In this document: piece by piece, positions 26,281 through 34,923 of the stretch
Layout of the letters: each line of letters starts with the position of its first letter
How positions within the stretch are numbered: the stretch's first letter is position 1
Origin: Candidatus Staskawiczbacteria bacterium
Lineage (GTDB): Bacteria > Patescibacteriota > Minisyncoccia > Minisyncoccales > Staskawiczbacteraceae
DNA: 64,000 nt
Reading direction: 5' to 3'
Assembly (NCBI GenBank): GCA_903835075.1
Contig: CAILLM010000004.1
Span: 16,532-80,531 of the forward strand
Notes under the pieces: model-generated
Databases searched by the model: none
Seen by the model: the letters and a program-made list of their open reading frames with translations, nothing else
Told to the model about the DNA's origin: nothing
Made by a program: the position numbers and the translations under genes

Positions 26281-27662
26281 TGGCATTACCTAAATATTTA
26301 TTTTGGTGGGATTGGGTTAAAAAGATTATTTGGGATCCATTTTGGTGGGTGATTTTATTTGTGTTTATTTTATGGGTTCCATTTTTAAGAGTATGGTGGT
26401 GGATTTTTTTGCCATGGATGCTTATGGCACAATTAAAAGTTTTGTATATCTGGTGGGTTAGCTGGGATTATGATTATCAAAAACAGAAGTGGGTTTTATT
26501 GGAAATCACTCCAATGGAATCAATGCTGATGCCACTTAAAGCTATGGAAGATGTTTTTGCTGCTATTTGGCCACTTATGGACTCGGCTAATTTTAGAGAA
26601 TTGTGGTGTGACGGAGAATTAGGTTGGGGGCCATATTGGTGTTCATGGGAAATTACTAGTATAGAAGGGCAAATCCATTTTTATGTAAGGTGCTTAGATC
26701 AACATAGAACAAGCATAGAATCTGCACTTTGGGGTCATTACCCAGACATTGAGATTAAAGCAGTGCCTGACTATGTAAAATTAGTTCCTCCAACAGTACC
26801 TAACGAAGAATGGGACATGTATGGAGAAGACTGGGATTTTGATAGGGAAAACCAATATCCAATAAAAACATATTCAACATTTTTTGAGCCACAAGGCGAA
26901 AGAATTTCAGCTGAAGAAAAAAGAATTGACCCTATTATTTCTTTATTAGAGGCTATGTCTAAACTAGGGCCAGGTGAGCATTATTGGATGCAGTTCATCT
27001 CAGTGCCGGTTGGAGAGCGCGATGAGCCAAACTTTATAAAAGAAGGACAAAAAATCATTGATAAAATAGCTAAGCGTCCCGAGAAAAAAGAAATAAGCTT
27101 TTTTCAAATGCTGTCTCACACTATGAATGAGTTGGCTTCTGGACCAAAAAAAGATGGTGAAAAATATAGTTGGGTTCCGTTAGAAAGAGATGAAGAAACA
27201 GATGAGTTGAGAGTGTCGTTAACTGCTGGTGAAAGAGAAATTATTACTGAAATTGAAAATAAAATTAAGAAGCCAGTTTTTAGAACAAGTATTAGGGGAG
27301 TTTACGTTGCTAAAAGAGAATCATGGAGAGCGCCAAATAGGGTTATTAGTCGTACTTACATGGGTCATTTTACTCATGTGCACATGAATGGATTAAGGTT
27401 TAAGGCAGAAACAAGACCAAGAGTCCACTTTTTTATGCGTAAAAGAAGAGTATTCTTAAGAGCAAGAAAAATGTTTAGAAATACTGTTTTAAGATTCCCT
27501 CCAATGTATCCTGATAGGCAAAAATTAGTACCAATTATGAGTACAGAAGAAATGGCCTCATTATGGCATTTTCCATTAAGGGTTTCTGGTGGAAGTTTGG
27601 CTATGGGTAAAATTGAATCTAAAAAAGCAGGAGCGCCACCAAATTTGCCAATCAGCGAATAA
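26280..27662 (+). CDS. Trp-rich N-terminally membrane-anchored protein, function unknown (partner of the downstream ATPase)
   Basis: 460 aa. The N-terminus has two W/F-rich TM helices (FWWDWVKKIIWDPFWWVILFVFILWVPFLRVWWWIFLPWML). A soluble domain follows (LLEITPME...PLKAMEDVFAAIWPL ... WEITSIEGQIHFYVRC ... YPDIEIKAVPDY). No catalytic motif recognised. Confidence 0.75.
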   Translation: MALPKYLFWWDWVKKIIWDPFWWVILFVFILWVPFLRVWWWIFLPWMLMAQLKVLYIWWVSWDYDYQKQKWVLLEITPMESMLMPLKAMEDVFAAIWPLMDSANFRELWCDGELGWGPYWCSWEITSIEGQIHFYVRCLDQHRTSIESALWGHYPDIEIKAVPDYVKLVPPTVPNEEWDMYGEDWDFDRENQYPIKTYSTFFEPQGERISAEEKRIDPIISLLEAMSKLGPGEHYWMQFISVPVGERDEPNFIKEGQKIIDKIAKRPEKKEISFFQMLSHTMNELASGPKKDGEKYSWVPLERDEETDELRVSLTAGEREIITEIENKIKKPVFRTSIRGVYVAKRESWRAPNRVISRTYMGHFTHVHMNGLRFKAETRPRVHFFMRKRRVFLRARKMFRNTVLRFPPMYPDRQKLVPIMSTEEMASLWHFPLRVSGGSLAMGKIESKKAGAPPNLPISE

Positions 27663-27674
27663 CATTAAAATTTT

Positions 27675-29678
27675 ATGTCAAAAGATTTAACTTATATAGC
27701 TAAAACAAATTTCCGAAATAAGGAGCAAATATTTGGAATCAAAAGAAAAGACCGCCGTCAACACATGTATGTGATTGGTAAAACTGGTGCTGGTAAAACA
27801 GCTTTCTTAAAGAATATGGCCTTGCAGGATATTGAAAATGGCCAAGGTCTTGCTATTATTGATCCTCACGGAGAATTTGTTGAAGAAGTTTTAGATAATA
27901 TTCCGCCTCATAGAATTAATGATGTGGTTTATTTTAATCCTGCGGACATGGAGTTTCCCATTAGTTTTAATATTATGGATGTGCAAGATCCAAAGTATAA
28001 ACACTTAATTGCTTCGGGATTAATTGGTATTTTTACAAAAATTTGGGCAAATGTTTGGTCTGCTCGTATGGAATATATTTTAGCTAATTGTATTTTAGCT
28101 TTACTAGATACCCCCGGTACAACGCTTTTGGGTATTCCAAGAATGTTGGTTGATAGAGATTACCGTCAAAAAATTATTAATAATTTAAAAGACCCGGTGG
28201 TGAAATCATTTTGGGTTAATGAATACGAAGAGTGGGAACCAAGATATAGAAATGAAGCTATTGCTCCAGTTCAAAATAAGGTAGGGCAATTTTTAAATGT
28301 TTCTTTTGTAAGAAACATTGTTGGTCAGGCTAAAAATACCATTGATGTTGAGGAAATAATGAACAACCAAAAAATTCTTTTGGTTAATGTTTCCAAAGGA
28401 AGAATTGGTGAAGATAACTCAGCTATTTTGGGTGCTATGATAATTACTAAAATTCAGTTGTGTGCCATGGAGCGTGTTAGAATACCAGAAGACGACAGAA
28501 AAGACTTTTATTTATACGTTGACGAGTTCCAAAATTTTGCTACAGATTCTTTTGTAAATATTTTGTCTGAGGCTAGAAAATATAGGCTCGACTTAACTAT
28601 TGCTCACCAGTACATTGGGCAATTAACTACTGACACTAGCACAGCTGTAAGAGATGCAGTTTTTGGTAACGTGGGAACAATGATCACTTTTCGCGTGGGT
28701 GCAGCTGACGCAGAGTTTTTGGAGCAGGAATATATGCCAGAGTTTTTACAAAATGATTTAATTCGTTTACCAAATTATAATATTTACTTAAAATTAATGA
28801 TTGATGGCATTACTTCTAGGCCTTTTTCTGCCAAAACAATTGCTCCTGCTCCAGTGGCTGAAGATGATAAAAAGCGTGCAGAAATAATTAGAATTTCTAG
28901 GTCAAAATATGCTCATACTGTAAAGTATGTTGAAGATGAAATAAACAATTGGGCATCAAATCAAGAAGTTCCTATGGGTAGCGGACAAGGCCCAACGGAT
29001 TTTTCTAACCCAAATTCAAAAAGCTCTCAAAGCTTCCAAAATAATGCAAAACGTCCCAGCCAATCAAATAATTCTAGGCCCTCTGACCAGCCAAAATTAT
29101 ATGATGTTAAATGTTCAAATTGTGGTAAAGACACTAAGGTTATTTTTCCTCCCGAGCCAGGAAGAGCTGTATATTGTAAAAATTGTTTGAAAAAAATGTC
29201 TCCCTCCGGGAGATCGCCCGCAGGGGGAAAAGAACAACAGGGTGGTGGGGTTCAGCAGAAATCAAATTCCCAGCCAAAAGAGTCTCCTGTTATAACTAAA
29301 CAGGTTGAGCAATCCAGAATGTCAGGAAATAATTCGGCTTTAGCTGATATGGGCATAGAATTTACCCCGCCGTCAGACCAACCACCTAGTCGTCCTGTTA
29401 TGCGACGGGATTCAATGACCGAACGACCAAAGCCATCTCAGCAAAAAGAAAAATCATTTTCTTTAAATGAAATAATGGAAAAAGGAGAGGTTGTATCGTT
29501 TAGTAATAGCAAAAAAGACAAGCAAGCCCAAAAAACACCCAGAAAATCAGTTGATTTAGATGATTTAAGAAAAACATTAGAGGAGTCGTTGGCAAGTAAA
29601 TCCAAAAGTTCAGAAGAGGAGCTCGAAGAAAGGATTGAAGAGGAAAAAGATGCAGACAAGGTGTCGGGAGACGAGTAA
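27675..29678 (+). CDS. VirD4/TraD(TraG)-family coupling-protein-like P-loop ATPase (FtsK/HerA superfamily), with a long disordered C-terminal tail carrying a CxxC-x17-CxxC zinc ribbon
   Basis: Walker A is VIGKTGAGKTAF and Walker B is FYLYVDEFQNF, followed by LTIAHQYIGQL and GNVGTMITFRVG blocks. No TM segment. The tail is S/Q/P/N-rich and contains CSNCGKDTKVIFPPEPGRAVYCKNC (29112-29186), ending in an acidic stretch. Confidence 0.8.
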   Translation: MSKDLTYIAKTNFRNKEQIFGIKRKDRRQHMYVIGKTGAGKTAFLKNMALQDIENGQGLAIIDPHGEFVEEVLDNIPPHRINDVVYFNPADMEFPISFNIMDVQDPKYKHLIASGLIGIFTKIWANVWSARMEYILANCILALLDTPGTTLLGIPRMLVDRDYRQKIINNLKDPVVKSFWVNEYEEWEPRYRNEAIAPVQNKVGQFLNVSFVRNIVGQAKNTIDVEEIMNNQKILLVNVSKGRIGEDNSAILGAMIITKIQLCAMERVRIPEDDRKDFYLYVDEFQNFATDSFVNILSEARKYRLDLTIAHQYIGQLTTDTSTAVRDAVFGNVGTMITFRVGAADAEFLEQEYMPEFLQNDLIRLPNYNIYLKLMIDGITSRPFSAKTIAPAPVAEDDKKRAEIIRISRSKYAHTVKYVEDEINNWASNQEVPMGSGQGPTDFSNPNSKSSQSFQNNAKRPSQSNNSRPSDQPKLYDVKCSNCGKDTKVIFPPEPGRAVYCKNCLKKMSPSGRSPAGGKEQQGGGVQQKSNSQPKESPVITKQVEQSRMSGNNSALADMGIEFTPPSDQPPSRPVMRRDSMTERPKPSQQKEKSFSLNEIMEKGEVVSFSNSKKDKQAQKTPRKSVDLDDLRKTLEESLASKSKSSEEELEERIEEEKDADKVSGDE

Positions 29679-29693
29679 CCAAAAAAACATAAT

Positions 29694-29721
29694 AACCATC
29701 TTTTAATTAGGATGGTTTTTT
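29694..29721 (+). terminator. Weak rho-independent terminator after ATPase 1
   Basis: aaccatc / gatggtt 7-bp stem followed by a T5 run. Confidence 0.45.
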
Positions 29722-29729
29722 GTTAGGAT
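29721..29729 (+). promoter_or_regulatory. Extended -10-like element TGTTAGGAT
   Basis: TGnTAGGAT lies 15 nt upstream of ATG 29745, directly after the terminator. Confidence 0.3.
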
Positions 29730-29744
29730 AAGATAATAAAGAAT

Positions 29745-31520
29745 ATGAATCAGGAAATAAAAAACACTTCGGCAAGCTCAGTGCAGGCTTGTCAAAATTG
29801 CAAAAACGACTTTACTATCGAGCCCGAGGATTTTCATTTTTACGAAAAAATAAAAGTGCCAGCACCAACTTGGTGTCCCGAATGTCGATTGCAAAGAAAG
29901 CTTGCGTTTAGAAATGAGAGAACTTTATATAAGAATAGATGTAGAAAATGCGGAAAAGATTTAATTTCAATGTATCGCGCAGATGGTCCGATGACAGTAT
30001 ATTGTAATGATTGTTGGTATTCTGATTCATGGAATCCAATGGATTATGCTCAAGAAATAGATTTTTCAAGACCTTTTTTATCTCAATTTCAAGAGTTATT
30101 TTATTCAATTCCAGTTGTGAATCTATGGCACCCGCAAGCAGTAGATTCTGAATACACAAATTTTGCTGCTAAAAATAAAAATTGCTATCTAGCATTCGGT
30201 GGGAAAGAAAGTGAAAATATTAGATATGCAAGCAACTCTTCATTTACACAAGATTCTCAAGACCTTTCTAACTGTAATAATTTAGAGCTTTCTTACGAAG
30301 ATATCCAATGCCAAAACTCACAGAAGCTATTTTTTAGTAAATATTCTGATAATTGCTCAAACTCTTATTTTTTATATAGATGCAGAAATTGTGTCGATTG
30401 TTTTGGCTGCGCGAATTTAAGAAATAAACAAAATTGTTTTTTTAATGAACAGCTCACAAAGGAAGAATATGAAAAAAGATTAAAAGAATTTGATTTGGGG
30501 AGTTTTGAAAATATTAATCAGGGTTGGGATAAATTCCATAAAATGTATGACCAGGCAATTCATAAATACGCTCAATTAACTAATACCGTAAACTGTACGG
30601 GTGACAACATAAGAAATGCCCGAGGATGTAAGGATTGTTTTGATATAACTGGTAATGACTCTGAAAATTCAAAGCATATAATATATGCCGTGCAAGGAGT
30701 TAAGGATTCATATGATAGTTATGGTATGCCAAAAGTTGAAAGAATTTACGAAGCTCTTTCTTCTGGCTTTGATATGATGGAAAACTCAGATTATGCTTTT
30801 ACTATTTTTGCTAGAGGAAGTAAAAATATTCAGTATTCAATTAATTGTTCCGTGTCTAGTGATTTATTTGGTTGTGTCAGTTTAGATAAAAAAGAGTATT
30901 GTATTTTAAATAAACAATACTCTAAAGAAGAGTATGAAGCGCTTAGGGGTAGGATTATTGAGCATATGAATGCAATGCCATATGTTGATAAAAATGGTAT
31001 GGTTTATAAATATGGAGAATTTTTTCCCGCAGAATTTTCTCCTTTTGCATATAACGAAACAATAGCCCAAGAATATTTTTCTTTAAATAAAGAACAGGCG
31101 CTAGAAAACGGTTATATATGGCGGGATGATGACGTTAAAAATTATAAAATTGATTTAACATCAGAAAATTTACCCGATCACATAAAAGATGTCGACGAGT
31201 CAATTGTGGGTAAAGTTATTGAGTGTGCTCACAACGGGGGGTGTAATCACCAATGCACAAAAGCATTTAAAATTATTAAGGAGGAATTTTTATTTTATAA
31301 AAATTTGAATCTTCCATTGCCACGTTTTTGTCCTAATTGTAGACACCACCAGCGCCTAAGCCAGAGGAATCCGTTTAAGCTTTGGCATAGAAAATGTATG
31401 TGTAGCCAGGAAGCGCATGCTCATAAAGGAGAATGCCAAAATGAATTTGAGACATCCTATGCGCCAGACAGGTCAGAAATAGTTTATTGCGAGGAATGTT
31501 ACCAAAAAGAAGTATATTAA
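29745..31520 (+). CDS. Cysteine-rich zinc-ribbon / solenoid-repeat protein, paralog 1 of 4 (function unknown)
   Basis: 591 aa with 33 Cys by hand count. Order of elements: N-terminal ribbon CQNC-x24-CPEC with FxIExEDFxFYEKIKVPAPT; then CRKC-x17-CNDC; two Cys/Asn/Ser-rich repeat blocks ending in CRNCVDCFGC..LRNK and FGCVSLDKKEYCILNKQY; then GEFFP..SPFAYNET; and a C-terminal duplicate FY..LPLPR.CP.CR ribbon plus C-x17-CEEC. Confidence 0.9.
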   Translation: MNQEIKNTSASSVQACQNCKNDFTIEPEDFHFYEKIKVPAPTWCPECRLQRKLAFRNERTLYKNRCRKCGKDLISMYRADGPMTVYCNDCWYSDSWNPMDYAQEIDFSRPFLSQFQELFYSIPVVNLWHPQAVDSEYTNFAAKNKNCYLAFGGKESENIRYASNSSFTQDSQDLSNCNNLELSYEDIQCQNSQKLFFSKYSDNCSNSYFLYRCRNCVDCFGCANLRNKQNCFFNEQLTKEEYEKRLKEFDLGSFENINQGWDKFHKMYDQAIHKYAQLTNTVNCTGDNIRNARGCKDCFDITGNDSENSKHIIYAVQGVKDSYDSYGMPKVERIYEALSSGFDMMENSDYAFTIFARGSKNIQYSINCSVSSDLFGCVSLDKKEYCILNKQYSKEEYEALRGRIIEHMNAMPYVDKNGMVYKYGEFFPAEFSPFAYNETIAQEYFSLNKEQALENGYIWRDDDVKNYKIDLTSENLPDHIKDVDESIVGKVIECAHNGGCNHQCTKAFKIIKEEFLFYKNLNLPLPRFCPNCRHHQRLSQRNPFKLWHRKCMCSQEAHAHKGECQNEFETSYAPDRSEIVYCEECYQKEVY

Positions 31521-31526
31521 ATATAT

Positions 31527-33191
31527 ATGCAAAAAGAAAATAAAAAATGTATAAAGTGTCAAAATAATTTTGTAGTTGAGGCAGATGATTTTGCATTTTA
31601 TGAAAAGCTGGATTTGCCTTCACCAAAAATGTGTCCTTATTGTAGGTGGAAATACCTTTTGGCCTTTTGGATATTTGGAAGACTTAGAATTGCTAAGTCA
31701 GCTTTAAGCGGTAAGACCATTATAACTGTTATTCCAGAATCAGCCCCCTTTCCTATTTACGATCATGCAGAATTTATATCTGATGCATGGGACCCCTTAA
31801 CATATGGTGCTGATTATGATTCATCTAGGCCATTTTTAGACCAGATTTTTGAATTACAATCAAAAGTTCCTCATCCCCATAATGTGGGAACTAAAAATAT
31901 AAATTGTGACTGGGCAGACGACGCATGGGAATCAAAAGATGCATATCTTACACGTTCTGGTGTGCATATGGATAATGTGATTTACGGATATAGATTAATT
32001 AATTGCAAAAATTCAGTTGATTTAACCTTTTGTTTTGATTTGGAGCGTTCTTATGACTGTCTTAACTGTTTTGCAAGCTATAATCTTAAGTATTCTTTTA
32101 ACTCGCGAGACTGCATGGACAGCTCATTTTTGTATGATTGCCGAAATTGTCAGAATTGTTTTATGTCTTGGAATCTAAGAAATAAAAAATATTGCATATT
32201 AAACCAACAATATGCAAAAGAAGATTATTTTAAAAAGATTGAAGAATACAACTTGCAATCTCGTGATTCAATAGAAAAACTAAAAAAAGAATTGTGGCAA
32301 CACACACAGCAAGATGCTGTACACAGGCAAGATTATAACGTTAAGGTGGCTAACTCTTCTGGCAATTTTTTGGATAACAATAAAGGTTGTTTTGAGTCAT
32401 ATTTTTTACAAGAATCAGAAAATTGTAGATATATTTATAGAGGGTTCGGTAATAAAGAAACCGTAGATTCGGTAGGTGTTTTTAGAACAGAAAAGTGTGG
32501 GATGTGTACAATGGACCAGTTTGGCAGTTATGGCAACATTTGTAACCTGTATACTACTTCATGTCGATATTCTGCATACTTAGATGCTTGTGAGGAATGT
32601 GAATATTGTTTTGGGTGCGTCGGTTTGCGCAATAAAAAATATTGTATTTTAAATAAACAATACACAAAAGAAGTCTATGATATTTTAGTTGAAAAAATTA
32701 AAAAGGATATGAAAGAAAGGGGCGAATGGGGACAGTTTTGGTTACCTTCTTGTGCATATGCTGGATACAACCTCTCATTGGCACAAATGGCTTTTCCAAT
32801 GGCAAAAGAAGAGGCGTTAAAATTCGGCGTAAAATGGGAAGAGACAGTTGAACCTAATTATGAAAATATAATTAGTGCTAATGATTTGCCTGACACAATT
32901 GATCAGGTTAGCGACGAGATAGTAAGGCAGCGAATTTTATGTCCAGAAACTAAACTTAGCTATAATATTACTAAAGAAGAATTAGCTTTTTATAAAGAAC
33001 ACAAAATTCCGCTTCCAAGAAGGCATTTTGATTGGCGTACTTTAGAACGCTTTAAACCCTTCAGCTCAATGGTGGTTGCACAAAAAGGAAAATGTCATTT
33101 TTGCGAAAAAGAAATTGAACATTATTATGGTCCAGAGCTTGGCTTCCAAAAATTTGCTTGTTTAGAATGCTATCAACGAGAAGTTGCATAA
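31527..33191 (+). CDS. Cysteine-rich zinc-ribbon / solenoid-repeat protein, paralog 2 of 4
   Basis: 554 aa with the same architecture (CIKC...FYEKLDLPSPKMCPYCR; CRNCQNCF; CEECEYCFGCVGLRNKKYCILNKQY; C-terminal CHFC-x18-CLEC). It lacks the second N-proximal x17 ribbon. Confidence 0.9.
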   Translation: MQKENKKCIKCQNNFVVEADDFAFYEKLDLPSPKMCPYCRWKYLLAFWIFGRLRIAKSALSGKTIITVIPESAPFPIYDHAEFISDAWDPLTYGADYDSSRPFLDQIFELQSKVPHPHNVGTKNINCDWADDAWESKDAYLTRSGVHMDNVIYGYRLINCKNSVDLTFCFDLERSYDCLNCFASYNLKYSFNSRDCMDSSFLYDCRNCQNCFMSWNLRNKKYCILNQQYAKEDYFKKIEEYNLQSRDSIEKLKKELWQHTQQDAVHRQDYNVKVANSSGNFLDNNKGCFESYFLQESENCRYIYRGFGNKETVDSVGVFRTEKCGMCTMDQFGSYGNICNLYTTSCRYSAYLDACEECEYCFGCVGLRNKKYCILNKQYTKEVYDILVEKIKKDMKERGEWGQFWLPSCAYAGYNLSLAQMAFPMAKEEALKFGVKWEETVEPNYENIISANDLPDTIDQVSDEIVRQRILCPETKLSYNITKEELAFYKEHKIPLPRRHFDWRTLERFKPFSSMVVAQKGKCHFCEKEIEHYYGPELGFQKFACLECYQREVA

Positions 33192-33198
33192 AAAATAT

Positions 33199-34884
33199 AT
33201 GAATAGTGAAACAAAACAATGTAAAAATTGTAAGCAAGACTTTGTTATAGAGTCCGAAGATTTTGATTTCTACGAAAAAATAAAAGTGCCAGCACCAACA
33301 TTTTGTCCAAATTGTAGGTACCAACGAAGGCTAACAAATCGCAACGAGTGGATTTTTTATGCTAGAGAATGTGACTTGTGCAAGACACAAATGGTTACAA
33401 TACATAATCCTGAATATGTGGGGAAAGTCTATTGTCAGCCATGTTTTTGGTCTGACAAGTGGGATGCATTTGATTGTGGTGCTGAGTTTGATTTTTCAAG
33501 GCCATTTTTTGAGCAGTTTAATGAATTGCGTTTACGGACTCCGCGAATTGCTATGGCAAATGCGCATAGCGTGAATTCTGAATATACCAATCAGTCAGAG
33601 AATAATAAAAATTGTTATTTATGTGTTTCATCAGGAAATTCTGAAAATTGTTTATATGGGTATTGGAATATATATAGTAGAGACTGCGTTGATTCATATT
33701 CAGTAGAAAAATGTGAAAGAGGTTATGAACTAATAAACTGTACAAAATGTAGTCGTGGTGCTTATTTAGAAAATTGTGCTGATTGTACAGACAGCTATTT
33801 TTTAAAAGATTGCCGAGGGTGTATAAATTGTTTTGGTTCATATGGACTTAGGAGCAAGTCATATTATTGGTTAAATGAACAATTAACTGTTGAAGAATAC
33901 AAAAAAAGGTTTAAGGAATTTATATTCAGTAACAGCAATATACAAAATTTTATTTTAAAACTTAAAGAAATTGAACTTACTAAACCACATAAGTACTATA
34001 ATGGACAAAAAGTTTTAATTTCAACTGGTGATTATTTGGAAGAAGCGAAATTTGCTAGAGACGCTTTTCATTGTCGTCATGTAGAAAACATTAAACATTG
34101 CCAAGACACTTGGTTTGCAAAAGATGTTTGTGACGCAACAGAAGCATACGGGGAGCTAAGCTTTGAAATTGAGGGGACAACTGCAGTCCGTTCTGCCTTT
34201 ATTGCAAAAATGTTGAATGTATCTGACTCTTATTATCTTGATTTGTGTGGCGAAGTGCATAATTTATTTGGTTGTGTGGGGTTGCAAAAGAAACAATATT
34301 GTATTTTAAATAAACAATATACAAAAGAAGAATATAATATATTAGTGCTAAAAATTACTGAACATATGAAAAAAAATGGGGAGTGGGGACAATTTTTTCC
34401 AGCTTCAATTTCTTCATTTGCTTATAATGAAACTGTTGCTCAAGATTATTTCCCATTGACCCGCGAGCAAGTGCTAGAGCAAGGTTATAAATGGTACACA
34501 CGTAAAGATAGGGAATATAAAATTGATTTAAAGCCCGATGAGTTGCCAAAAACAATTATAGAAGTGGGCGACTCAATTTTAGAAAAAACAATTTTATGTA
34601 AAACTCAGTTGTCAGAAAATGACAAGCAAAAATATTATAATTGCACAACTGCATTTAAAATTACAAAAGCGGAGCTAGATTTTTATAGAAGTATGGGATT
34701 GCCTCTGCCGGAAAGATGTTTTCATGACCGCCGCCAAGACCGCATGGCAAAACGTAATTCGCGAAAACTTTGGCACAGACATTGCATGAAAGAAGGCTGC
34801 ACTAATGAGTTTGAAACTTCTTACACACCCGACAGGCCAGAAATAGTTTATTGTGAACAATGTTATAACAACGAAGTTGCATAA
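33199..34884 (+). CDS. Cysteine-rich zinc-ribbon / solenoid-repeat protein, paralog 3 of 4
   Basis: Same architecture, including CDLC-x17-CQPC. I preferred ATG 33199 (MNSETKQCKNC) over the TTG at 33184, which overlaps paralog 2. Confidence 0.9.
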   Translation: MNSETKQCKNCKQDFVIESEDFDFYEKIKVPAPTFCPNCRYQRRLTNRNEWIFYARECDLCKTQMVTIHNPEYVGKVYCQPCFWSDKWDAFDCGAEFDFSRPFFEQFNELRLRTPRIAMANAHSVNSEYTNQSENNKNCYLCVSSGNSENCLYGYWNIYSRDCVDSYSVEKCERGYELINCTKCSRGAYLENCADCTDSYFLKDCRGCINCFGSYGLRSKSYYWLNEQLTVEEYKKRFKEFIFSNSNIQNFILKLKEIELTKPHKYYNGQKVLISTGDYLEEAKFARDAFHCRHVENIKHCQDTWFAKDVCDATEAYGELSFEIEGTTAVRSAFIAKMLNVSDSYYLDLCGEVHNLFGCVGLQKKQYCILNKQYTKEEYNILVLKITEHMKKNGEWGQFFPASISSFAYNETVAQDYFPLTREQVLEQGYKWYTRKDREYKIDLKPDELPKTIIEVGDSILEKTILCKTQLSENDKQKYYNCTTAFKITKAELDFYRSMGLPLPERCFHDRRQDRMAKRNSRKLWHRHCMKEGCTNEFETSYTPDRPEIVYCEQCYNNEVA

Positions 34885-34891
34885 AATAGTC

Positions 34892-34911
34892 AGGTTAACC
34901 ATGGTTAACCT
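34892..34911. repeat. Perfect 20-bp palindrome aggttaaccatggttaacct between paralogs 3 and 4
   Basis: The sequence equals its own reverse complement. It sits 7 nt after the paralog 3 stop and 12 nt before the paralog 4 ATG. Confidence 0.9.
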
Positions 34912-34923
34912 AAAAAATAAACC

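Noticed and set aside
26056-29678. Interpretation as a conventional type IV secretion or conjugation module (VirB3-like small TM protein plus VirB4/VirD4)
   Set aside because: No VirB4, VirB6, VirB8-11, pilin, relaxase or oriT-like features occur in the window, and the ATPase lacks its own TM anchor. I kept only the family-level call (coupling-protein-like ATPase).
33184-33198. TTG start for paralog 3, overlapping paralog 2 by 8 nt
   Set aside because: ATG 33199 gives an N-terminus (MNSETKQCKNC) parallel to the other paralogs, whose first CxxC lies 7-17 residues from the start. The TTG extension is unnecessary, though it cannot be excluded.
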